In this document: positions 8,089 to 16,121 of the stretch, in pieces
How positions within the stretch are numbered: position 1 is the first letter of the stretch
Layout: each line of letters starts with the position of its first letter
Source of the DNA: Patescibacteria group bacterium
Lineage (GTDB): Bacteria; Patescibacteriota; Patescibacteriia; UBA2591; UBA6264
Length of the DNA stretch: 32,000 bases
NCBI GenBank assembly: GCA_028713575.1
Contig: JAQTOB010000007.1
Location: forward strand, 6,523 to 38,522
Direction of reading: 5' to 3'
Translations under genes and position numbers: made by a program
The notes under the pieces: model-generated
What the model was told of the DNA's origin: nothing
Databases searched by the model: none
What the model saw: only the letters and a program-made list of their open reading frames with translations

Positions 8089-8131
8089 CAAAATTAAAAT
8101 TAATTAAATTAAAAAATTTTACTTAGTCTTT

Positions 8132-8171
8132 TTGCCCGCCTTCGCCAAGGCTACGGCGGACAAGCATTTTT
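8132..8171 (+). terminator. GC-rich hairpin plus T-run (TTGCCCGCC-N14-GGCGGACAA-GCATTTTTT)
   Basis: Stem with one mismatch, followed by a TTTTTT run at 8167-8172. Plausible intrinsic terminator for the glycolytic transcript. Confidence 0.45.
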
Positions 8172-8266
8172 TACACCTAAGATATTAGGATGAATTTTGC
8201 TTGCCCTCCACAGTTCCAGCTTACTGGAACGACGGATGGGCATTTGACTGAGCACAGCGAGGAAAT

Positions 8267-8611
8267 ATGGAAATAAAATATTTTTTTCAAAATTTTAAAT
8301 TAAACAGTCAGAACAAAAAATTTATTGAGGATAAAATTAAGAAATTGGAACGTTTTTCAGAAAAAATTTGGGAAGCAAAAATAGATTTAAGCTATCGGCC
8401 GACCAGAAAAAAAGAACAGACAATTAGATTAGAAATAAATTTAAGAATGCCTAATAAAATTTTAAGAGCTGAAGAAAGGGACAAAGATTTATTAAACGTG
8501 ATTGAAAAAGTGGAGAAAAAATTGAAGGGGCAATTAAGAAAATATCGGACATTTGGCGAAAAAAAGAAAAGAGAGACGCAGAAGATTATTGATAAGATAA
8601 AAAGGGGATAA
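8267..8611 (+). CDS. hpf: Ribosome hibernation-promoting factor / RaiA (YfiA) family, short form
   Basis: 114 aa whose pattern (FIEDKIKKLERF, AKIDLSY, RLEINLRMPNKILRAEE, DLLNVIEKVEKKLKGQLRKY) fits the HPF/YfiA fold. GAGGA Shine-Dalgarno 4 nt upstream of the ATG. Confidence 0.75.
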   Translation: MEIKYFFQNFKLNSQNKKFIEDKIKKLERFSEKIWEAKIDLSYRPTRKKEQTIRLEINLRMPNKILRAEERDKDLLNVIEKVEKKLKGQLRKYRTFGEKKKRETQKIIDKIKRG

Positions 8612-8634
8612 AGTTTTATTATAGGATTGTTTTT

Positions 8635-8666
8635 AAAGTTTGGTGGCCGAGCCACCAAACTTTTTT
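8635..8666 (+). terminator. Intrinsic terminator after hpf
   Basis: Perfect 13-bp stem AAAGTTTGGTGGC / GCCACCAAACTTT with a 3-nt loop, running into a T tract. A second 8-9-bp hairpin follows at 8690-8710 (TTGGGAAC-TTA-GTTCCCAA). Confidence 0.8.
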
Positions 8667-8842
8667 AAAATGAAAAGAGTTTTTAAAATTTTGGGAACTT
8701 AGTTCCCAAAGTTTATGCAAAAATGGGCTATCCCTAAAAAGTCGTTAGAAAGGGTTAAAAAAGACTAAAATAGGCCTCTAACTTTTTGCCTCAAAACTTT
8801 TTGCCTTGTTTTTTTTGATAAAATCTGTTAAATTATCTAATT

Positions 8843-11629
8843 ATGTCTTTACTTGTTAAAATTTTCGGTGACCCCAATGAGAAAGAACTGAAGAAACTGA
8901 AATCGCAGGTGGATGAAATAAATTCTTGGGAACCGAAATTAGAAAAATTGAATGATTCGGAATTGAAGGCTCAAACCGGACAACTCAAGGAATATTTGTC
9001 TCAGGGGAAGAAGGAAGATGATATTTTGCCTCAGGCTTTTGCTTTGGTAAGAGAGGCGGGGAAAAGGTCCCTAAAACAAAGGCATTTTGACGTGCAATTA
9101 ACCGGTGGCATTGCTTTACATCAGGGAAAAATCGCAGAAATGAGAACAGGAGAAGGAAAAACATTGGCCGCGACTTGTCCGGCTTATTTAAACGCTTTAA
9201 ACGGGAAAGGTGTGCACATAATTACAGTTAATGATTATTTATCTAAAAGAGATTGCGTTTGGATGGGACAAATTTATAATGCTTTGGGATTGTCGGTGGC
9301 TTGTATTGTGCATGATGCGGCTTATGTATATGATGAAAAATACATTGGTCAAAATCAAATCCGCCAGCCGGCGGACGAAAATCAAAATGAAAATCCAAAA
9401 TTAAAAATCAAAGAAATTGACAAAGAAAGAGATGAAATGGGAAGTTTTAAAGTTGTTGAAGATTATTTAAGGCCTTGTAGCCGCAAAGATGCTTATCTGG
9501 CCGATATCACTTATGGTACCAATAACGAATACGGTTTTGATTATTTACGGGATAATTTAGTGCACCGTCCCGAAGAAATGGCGCAACGAAAGCTGCATTA
9601 TGCTATTATTGATGAAATAGATAGCATTTTAATTGATGAAGCGCGCACTCCCTTAATTATTTCCAGTCCGGCCGAGGAATCGGCCGCTTTGTATTATAAA
9701 TTGGCGCGCTTGGTTGATAATTTAAAATCAAACGAAGATTATGTTATGGACGAAAAAATGAGAGCCGCAACTTTAACAGAAAAAGGAATGGACAGGATGG
9801 CGGAATTGTTGGGCGAGGACCCTTGGACAAATAATAATGTTGTTTTAATCCATCACATTGATGCGGCCCTGAAGGCCAAAACTATTTTTCATAAGGATAG
9901 GGATTATGTGATTAAATCAAGTTCAACCGGCGAAAAAGAAGTAATTATCATTGACGAGTTTACCGGTCGATTGATGTTGGGGCGGAGATATTCAGAAGGA
10001 ATTCATCAGGCGATTGAAGCTAAAGAAAATGTTCAGATTAAACAGGAGTCAAAAACATTAGCGACCATTACTTTTCAAAATTATTTTCGTTTTTATGAAA
10101 AGTTGAGCGGTATGACCGGCACGGCTTTGACTGAGGCGGAGGAATTTCACAAGATTTACAATTTAGAAGTATTGGTGGTGCCGACCAATAAGCCAATGAT
10201 TAGAAAAGATTTGGCAGATCGAATTTATCGGACTAAAGAAGCGAAATTTAAAGCCATTGTAGAAGAAATTAAACAACGACATACTCAAGGTCAGCCGATT
10301 TTAATTGGTACGGGCGGATTTGCCATTGGCGAACAAACCGTCGGCGCCATCGAAAAGAACAGGATTATCAGGGATTTTCTAGCCAAGGAAGGCATTGGTT
10401 GTCAGGTTTTGGACGCGACCAATCATGAAAAAGAAGGAGAAATTATTGCCCAAGCTGGACGATTAGGGGCCGTTACCATTGCCACTAACATGGCCGGTCG
10501 AGGCGTAGACATTATTCTCGGCGGCAACCCGCCGGACAAAGAAGAACAAAGAAAAATTCTTGAATTGGGCGGACTGCACATTATTGGTACAGAAAGACAC
10601 GAAGCAAGAAGAATTGATAATCAATTAAGGGGGCGAAGCGGGCGGCAAGGAGACCCGGGCTCTTCACAATTTTTTCTTTCCTTAGAAGATGATTTAATGA
10701 AGATTTTTGGCGGAGCCAGACTTTCTTCTTTAATGACTACTTTAAGAATTCCCGAAGAAATGCCGATTGAAAGCAAAGCGGTTTCTCGAGCCATTGAAGC
10801 GGCGCAAAGAAAAGTGGAAGGATTTAATTTTGATACTCGTAAACATCTTTTAGAATATGATGATGTTTTGAACAAACATCGAGAGGCGATTTATTGTTGG
10901 AGGAGGTCTATTTTAGAAATGACGGACCAAGAAATAAAAAAAGAAATTTTAAGATTAACCAAAGAAGAATTAAAAAAAACAGTTTCTTTTAATTTTACAA
11001 GGGAAAAAGAATATTTAGAAAAATTAAAAGAAATGATTAAAATGATTTTTCCTTTAACTTTAGAAATGGAAGATGATTTACAAAATGTTTTAGAAAAAAA
11101 AGAAAATAAAACAGACCTTGTTTTACAGGAAGAAATAATAAAACATTTGGAGAAAACAACCCTGCAGGCCTATGAACAGGCGAGCGAGAACATTAAACAG
11201 ATAAACAAGGATTGGGGAGACCAAGAGTCGGATAAAGATTCTTTAATGTCTAAAATGGCTAAATCAATTCTTTTACAAAGCATTGATCATTATTGGATTT
11301 ATCATTTGGAAATGATTGACAATCTTAAGGGCGGGATTGGTTTACGGGCCTATGGTCAGCAAGACCCTTTAGTTGAATATAAAAAAGAATCCAGAGGAAA
11401 ATATAGCCAGTTAATAGAAATGATTAATAAGCAGGTGGTCTATTCCATTTATAAAATCGGAGGCATCAGCGTTCCTCAGCCTAAAAAGGAGATGAAGCTG
11501 AAGGGGGCGGACAAGGGCGGTCAGTCCCAAGAAGTTTTTTTGCGGCCGAAGGGGGAGAAGAAAGTCGGGAGAAACGATCCCTGTCCCTGCGGCAGCGGTA
11601 AAAAATATAAACATTGTTGCGGGAAATAA
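8843..11629 (+). CDS. secA: Preprotein translocase ATPase SecA
   Basis: 928 aa with MRTGEGKTL (Walker A), IIDEIDSILIDEARTPLIIS (DEAD-like), TNMAGRGVDI, RIDNQLRGRSGRQGDPG, and the C-terminal zinc motif CPCGSGKKYKHCCG. Confidence 0.97.
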   Translation: MSLLVKIFGDPNEKELKKLKSQVDEINSWEPKLEKLNDSELKAQTGQLKEYLSQGKKEDDILPQAFALVREAGKRSLKQRHFDVQLTGGIALHQGKIAEMRTGEGKTLAATCPAYLNALNGKGVHIITVNDYLSKRDCVWMGQIYNALGLSVACIVHDAAYVYDEKYIGQNQIRQPADENQNENPKLKIKEIDKERDEMGSFKVVEDYLRPCSRKDAYLADITYGTNNEYGFDYLRDNLVHRPEEMAQRKLHYAIIDEIDSILIDEARTPLIISSPAEESAALYYKLARLVDNLKSNEDYVMDEKMRAATLTEKGMDRMAELLGEDPWTNNNVVLIHHIDAALKAKTIFHKDRDYVIKSSSTGEKEVIIIDEFTGRLMLGRRYSEGIHQAIEAKENVQIKQESKTLATITFQNYFRFYEKLSGMTGTALTEAEEFHKIYNLEVLVVPTNKPMIRKDLADRIYRTKEAKFKAIVEEIKQRHTQGQPILIGTGGFAIGEQTVGAIEKNRIIRDFLAKEGIGCQVLDATNHEKEGEIIAQAGRLGAVTIATNMAGRGVDIILGGNPPDKEEQRKILELGGLHIIGTERHEARRIDNQLRGRSGRQGDPGSSQFFLSLEDDLMKIFGGARLSSLMTTLRIPEEMPIESKAVSRAIEAAQRKVEGFNFDTRKHLLEYDDVLNKHREAIYCWRRSILEMTDQEIKKEILRLTKEELKKTVSFNFTREKEYLEKLKEMIKMIFPLTLEMEDDLQNVLEKKENKTDLVLQEEIIKHLEKTTLQAYEQASENIKQINKDWGDQESDKDSLMSKMAKSILLQSIDHYWIYHLEMIDNLKGGIGLRAYGQQDPLVEYKKESRGKYSQLIEMINKQVVYSIYKIGGISVPQPKKEMKLKGADKGGQSQEVFLRPKGEKKVGRNDPCPCGSGKKYKHCCGK

Positions 11630-11665
11630 TATATAGTTGACATTAAAAAATATCAACACGGACGC

Positions 11666-11694
11666 TTGACAATTGTCTAATAATCGTCTAAAAT
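11666..11694 (+). promoter_or_regulatory. Sigma70-type promoter TTGACA-17-TAAAAT upstream of fic
   Basis: -35 at 11666-11671, exact 17-nt spacer, -10 at 11689-11694. Lies 31 nt upstream of the fic ATG. Confidence 0.6.
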
Positions 11695-11725
11695 ATGTCT
11701 ATAAAGGAATAACATAAAGTGGCAT

Positions 11726-12754
11726 ATGTTTAAACCGAAATATACCATAACTAATAGATTGTTAGGCAACATTAAGCGCATAACGGAGATAGTCGTCAGT
11801 CTTAACAGTCGCGGTTTTCCCAAGGTTGTGCTCTATGAAATGGAACGACGGGCCAGGGAAATATCGGCTCATTCTTCCACAAGTATTGAAGGCAATCCTT
11901 TACCGTTGACTGAAGTCAGAAGAATCCTTAAAAATAAGCCGGAATTTATCCGTGATTCCGAGAAGGAAGTCTTAAATTACAACAAGGCTTTAATCGAGTT
12001 GAACGGGTTAATCAGGACGGGGAAAATTTTTCCCAATATCGGCTGGTTGGAAAAAATCCAAAAGACGGTTACGGACGGTTTAATTGAAAAATATCGCTGC
12101 GGACATATTCGAACCGAAGCGGTTTTTGTTAAGAATCCGAGAACCGGAAGAACGATTTATTGGCCGCCGGATTACGGAGACATACGGCATTTACTTGAAG
12201 ATTTGTTTGATTTTTTGAAAGAAAACATCCGGGAAGCAGACCCGCTTATTTTGGCTGGAATTTTCCATAAACAATTCGTGATTATCCATCCGTTTATTGA
12301 CGGAAACGGCCGGACCGCGCGCCTGGCGACAAAAGTCCTTCTGGCGAGAATGAATCTTAATACGTTCAACTTATTCAGTTTTGAGAATTATTACAACAAA
12401 AACGTTACCCGTTATTTCCGGGAAGTAGGATTAACCGGCAATTATTACGACATTGAGAAAAAAGTAGATTTTACCTCTTGGCTGGAATATTTTACGGACG
12501 GAATCATTGACGAACTTTTGAGGGTGGACAAAGAACTAAAAGAAGAGACGGTCAGTCCCAAGACGACGCTTAATGATTATCATCAGAAGATAATTAATTT
12601 TATCAAAGAGAAGGGATTTATCACCGATAAAGATTACTCCAAAATTACCGATCGCGCCCGGCCGACCAGAAACCTGGATTTTAGAAAGCTTATTGGTCTC
12701 GGTTTGATAAAAAAGGCCGGAAAAGGTAGGGCGACTTATTATAAGTTGAAATAA
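11726..12754 (+). CDS. fic: Fic-domain protein (AMPylase-type) with N-terminal inhibitory helix and C-terminal winged-helix region
   Basis: Canonical active site HPFIDGNGRTAR. N-terminal STSIEGN matches the (S/T)xxxE(G/N) auto-inhibition motif. The C-terminus (GFITDKDYSKITD...GRATYYKL) looks like a wHTH. Confidence 0.9.
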   Translation: MFKPKYTITNRLLGNIKRITEIVVSLNSRGFPKVVLYEMERRAREISAHSSTSIEGNPLPLTEVRRILKNKPEFIRDSEKEVLNYNKALIELNGLIRTGKIFPNIGWLEKIQKTVTDGLIEKYRCGHIRTEAVFVKNPRTGRTIYWPPDYGDIRHLLEDLFDFLKENIREADPLILAGIFHKQFVIIHPFIDGNGRTARLATKVLLARMNLNTFNLFSFENYYNKNVTRYFREVGLTGNYYDIEKKVDFTSWLEYFTDGIIDELLRVDKELKEETVSPKTTLNDYHQKIINFIKEKGFITDKDYSKITDRARPTRNLDFRKLIGLGLIKKAGKGRATYYKLK

Positions 12755-12837
12755 TCTTTCATATCGAAAGTGGTAAAAAATACAAAAGTTTACTTGAGCG
12801 CCGAGAACCTAAGCAACTAAGTAAACATATAAAATAT

Positions 12838-13281
12838 ATGGACGACAAAGAATTTTTAGAATTAGCAATTAAGCAATCAGAATTATCCGTCAGATAAGGA
12901 TTGTTTCCGTCCGGAGCGTTGGTAGTTTTAAAAGACAAGATTATCGCTTCGGAAACGAGTGATTTATATCCCGGTCATCAGCACGCGGAATCCAAGGCGG
13001 TTGATAACGCATTTTCAAAAAAAGGGATACTTAAAGAAGCAACCCTATATGCCTCAATGGAACCTTGTCTTATGTGTATCACGCGGGCTTACTGGGTGGG
13101 AATCAGAAGAATCGTTTATGCGATCAGAAAAAATAGCGTCAGACAGGAGTATTACGAAAGAGAACGGGATAATGAGGAAATAGTAGGGAGTTTTAATGAG
13201 TCAATAGAGTATTTACAGATTTCTGAGTTGGAAAAGGAGGCGCTGAGAATCGTTAAGACGTGGGAAAATAAGAGGAGATAA
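12838..13281 (+). pseudogene. CDA-fold (cytidine/deoxycytidylate/guanine-type) zinc deaminase interrupted by an in-frame TAA at 12895-12897
   Basis: ATG 12838 gives MDDKEFLELAIKQSELSVR*GLFPSGALVVLKD...HAES...EPCLMCITRAYWVGIRRIVYA. The HAE and PCxxC zinc/catalytic motifs are intact. The track ORF (TTG 12901) is the in-frame distal part. Confidence 0.75.
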
Positions 13282-13346
13282 AAATTATTTTTTAGCACTT
13301 GTTTTTTTTTATGGTTTTGTTAGAATGAAAAAACATTTATTTTTTT

Positions 13347-15026
13347 ATGGAAAGAAATAAACTTTGGACAATTTTCGCGATTATTTGTTTTCTCTCTTTA
13401 TTGGCTTTTTTAATCGTTTATCCGACCATTCCGGAATGGGTGCCGGGTTATAAATTGTTTTCTCGGCCAAAAATTCATTTAGGCCTGGACTTGCAAGGAG
13501 GAACTCAATTAATTTATGAAACAGACACTTCAGACATTCCTGACGACCAAAAGGTTGCGGCCGTGGAAGGAGCGCGAGATGTAATTGAAAATCGCGTTAA
13601 TGTTTTTGGTGTAACCGAACCATTGATTCAGACCTTGAAAAGCGGAAAAGAATGGCGTTTGTTGGTAGAATTGCCTGGGGTTCAAGATGTTCACGCCGCC
13701 ATTGAAATGATTGGAGAAACGCCAATTCTGGAATTTAAAGAACAAGGCTTGCCGCGCGAATTAACCACTGAAGAAAAAGAGCAAATTATAAAATATAATG
13801 AACAGGCTTTATTAAGGGCAGAAGAAGTTTTGAAACAGGCGTTAAAATCAAGCGCTGATTTTGCTCAATTAGCCAAAGAATATTCAGAAGATTCCGGTTC
13901 TGGTCAAAACGGAGGAGATTTGGGATGGTTCAGTCGGGGGACCATGGTTCCGGAATTTGAAAAAGCGGCTTTTGACGACTTATCCGTAGGAGAAATCACT
14001 TCTTCTTTAGTAGAGACCGATTTCGGTTATCATATTATTAAAAAAATTGATGAACGGATTAAAGAACAACAGTTGAAAGTAGAATCAGAAGATGTTGAGG
14101 GGATACAAATTCAGGCTGAACCGGAGAAAGAAGTCCGGGCCAGCCATATTTTAATTGCTACACAATCAATTGAAACAGCGCAAGGAATTGAGTGGCAATA
14201 TACGGGTTTGACCGGCAAGCAACTGAAGAGTTCTTTTGTTTCTTTTAACTCGCAGACCAATGAGCCGGAAGTTTCTCTGGAATTTAATGAAGAAGGAGCT
14301 AAATTATTTAGTGAAATAACCAAGCGCAATATCGGCAAACCAGTTGCCATTTTTTTAGATGGGTTGATTTTAAGCGTACCTATGGTACAAGAAGAAATAC
14401 CCAGCGGTCAGGCCGTCATTTCAGGGACTTTTGATTTAAAAGAAGCTAAAGAATTAGCACAAAGATTATCAGCCGGAGCCTTACCCGTGCCCATTAAATT
14501 AATCAGCCAACAAAATATTGGTCCGAGTTTAGGTCAGGTTTCGGTAAAAAAGAGCTTTATGTCCGGAATTATTGGGTTTTTGGTAATCATAATTTTTATG
14601 ATAAGTTTTTATAAAAAAAGAGGATTGATTGCCAGTTTAGCCCTTTTTATTTATGCCTTGATAGTTTTAGCCTTATTTGAATTAATTCCCGTTACTTTAA
14701 CTTTAGCCGGGATTGCCGGATTTATTCTTTCTTTGGGGATGGCTGTTGATGCCAATGTTTTGATTTTTGAAAGAGTTAAAGATGAGGAAGCATTGGGGAA
14801 GTCGCCTTTAAGCGCCATTCACGACGGTTTTAAAAACGCCTGGACTGCCGTTCGCGACGGCAATATTACCACTTTGATTGTCTGTTTTATCCTTTATTAT
14901 TTTGGAACCGGCCTGGTGAGAGGATTTGGATTAACCCTGGGATTGGGCGTTTTAATCAGTATGTTCACGGCTATTACCGTGACTAAAAATTTTTTGGAGT
15001 TAATGATTTCGTCTGATAAAAATTGA
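13347..15026 (+). CDS. secD: Protein-export membrane protein SecD carrying an inserted parvulin-type PPIase domain
   Basis: SecD elements: LGLDLQGG, ENRVNVFGVTEP, LVELPGV, PVAIFLDG...SVP, ALPVPIKLISQQNIGPSLG, and a C-terminal TM bundle. Residues ~133-271 instead match the rotamase signature (FAQLAKEYSEDSGSGQNGGDLGWF...FEKAAF...FGYHIIKK ... VRASHILIA). Confidence 0.9.
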   Translation: MERNKLWTIFAIICFLSLLAFLIVYPTIPEWVPGYKLFSRPKIHLGLDLQGGTQLIYETDTSDIPDDQKVAAVEGARDVIENRVNVFGVTEPLIQTLKSGKEWRLLVELPGVQDVHAAIEMIGETPILEFKEQGLPRELTTEEKEQIIKYNEQALLRAEEVLKQALKSSADFAQLAKEYSEDSGSGQNGGDLGWFSRGTMVPEFEKAAFDDLSVGEITSSLVETDFGYHIIKKIDERIKEQQLKVESEDVEGIQIQAEPEKEVRASHILIATQSIETAQGIEWQYTGLTGKQLKSSFVSFNSQTNEPEVSLEFNEEGAKLFSEITKRNIGKPVAIFLDGLILSVPMVQEEIPSGQAVISGTFDLKEAKELAQRLSAGALPVPIKLISQQNIGPSLGQVSVKKSFMSGIIGFLVIIIFMISFYKKRGLIASLALFIYALIVLALFELIPVTLTLAGIAGFILSLGMAVDANVLIFERVKDEEALGKSPLSAIHDGFKNAWTAVRDGNITTLIVCFILYYFGTGLVRGFGLTLGLGVLISMFTAITVTKNFLELMISSDKN

Positions 15027-15146
15027 TTCACCAACCAGCGGAGATAATTTTTCAGACACGAAATGTTGCCTTGTTAAATTTTTATGGAGCAGACCTGCCA
15101 GCGGCGGTTAACAGGGTAATCAAAATTAATAGATTAATTTTTTTGC

Positions 15147-16031
15147 ATGTTTGATTTTGTTTCTCATCGTAAAAAATTTTTATCCGTTTCCGGCATTTTA
15201 TTATTGATTTCTGTTTTATCTCTTATTATTTTTGGTTTAAAGCCGGGCATTGATTTTATAGGCGGAACAATGATGGAGATAGAATATGAAGACCAGGCTT
15301 TAACCAACGCGGAAATAAAAGAAAATTTAAATCAATTTAATCAGGAAATCGGACAAGTTCAAGTTAAGGCCACGGGTGATAAAGGATTTATTCTAAGATT
15401 TAAGGAAATTAATGAAAAAACACATCAAGAAATTTTAATAGCCCTGGAAAGTCCTTTGGAAAAAAAGTTTGAAACAATTGGTCCAGTAATTGGCCAAGAA
15501 TTGACACGAAAGACCAAATCAGCGATTATTTTGTCTTTATTGGCTATTATTTTTTATATTGCTTGGGCTTTTCGCAAGTTATCGCGTATTTCCGGCAAAG
15601 GAGAATCTTGGCGATACGGAGCAGGCGCTTTAGTGGCCCTTTTTCACGATATGATTATTCTTTTAGGACTTTTTTCTTTATTAGGAAGATTTAAAGGAGT
15701 GGAGATTGATGCCGCTTTTATTACTGCTATTTTAATTGTTCTTGGCTATTCCGTGAATGATACGATTGTGATTTATGATCGCGTTAGAGAAAATTTATTG
15801 ACTTATCATTTTAAAGATTTGGAAAAAACCATCAATTTGAGCGTTAACGAAAGTTTAGTCAGGTCATTAAATACTTCTTTAACCACGCTTTTGGCCCTAT
15901 TGGCCGTTTATTTATTCGGCGGAGATTCCATCAAAAATTTTGTTTTGGCCATGATGGTGGGAATTGGCGTAGGAACATGGTCTTCCGTCGTAGTGGCTGG
16001 TTCATTTTTACTTTGGAAAAGGAAAAAATAA
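15147..16031 (+). CDS. secF: Protein-export membrane protein SecF
   Basis: 294 aa with GIDFIGGT (Sec_GG motif) and a C-terminal 6-TM SecD/SecF domain (GYSVNDTIVIYDRVREN). Confidence 0.92.
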   Translation: MFDFVSHRKKFLSVSGILLLISVLSLIIFGLKPGIDFIGGTMMEIEYEDQALTNAEIKENLNQFNQEIGQVQVKATGDKGFILRFKEINEKTHQEILIALESPLEKKFETIGPVIGQELTRKTKSAIILSLLAIIFYIAWAFRKLSRISGKGESWRYGAGALVALFHDMIILLGLFSLLGRFKGVEIDAAFITAILIVLGYSVNDTIVIYDRVRENLLTYHFKDLEKTINLSVNESLVRSLNTSLTTLLALLAVYLFGGDSIKNFVLAMMVGIGVGTWSSVVVAGSFLLWKRKK

Positions 16032-16121
16032 TCCCTTTTTTAGGGGACAACAGAAGAAATAGGTCGAATAATAATTTAAATAATTAAGATGTATTCAAAA
16101 TACATCGCTGAAGGGCGAGGG

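Noticed and set aside
15027-15146. 120-nt GC-containing spacer between secD and secF (two CCAGCGG copies and a CCTG...CAGG hairpin), suggesting a structured element
   Set aside because: Only 4-5-bp stems and a 7-mer repeat could be found by eye, which is indistinguishable from chance without a covariation analysis.
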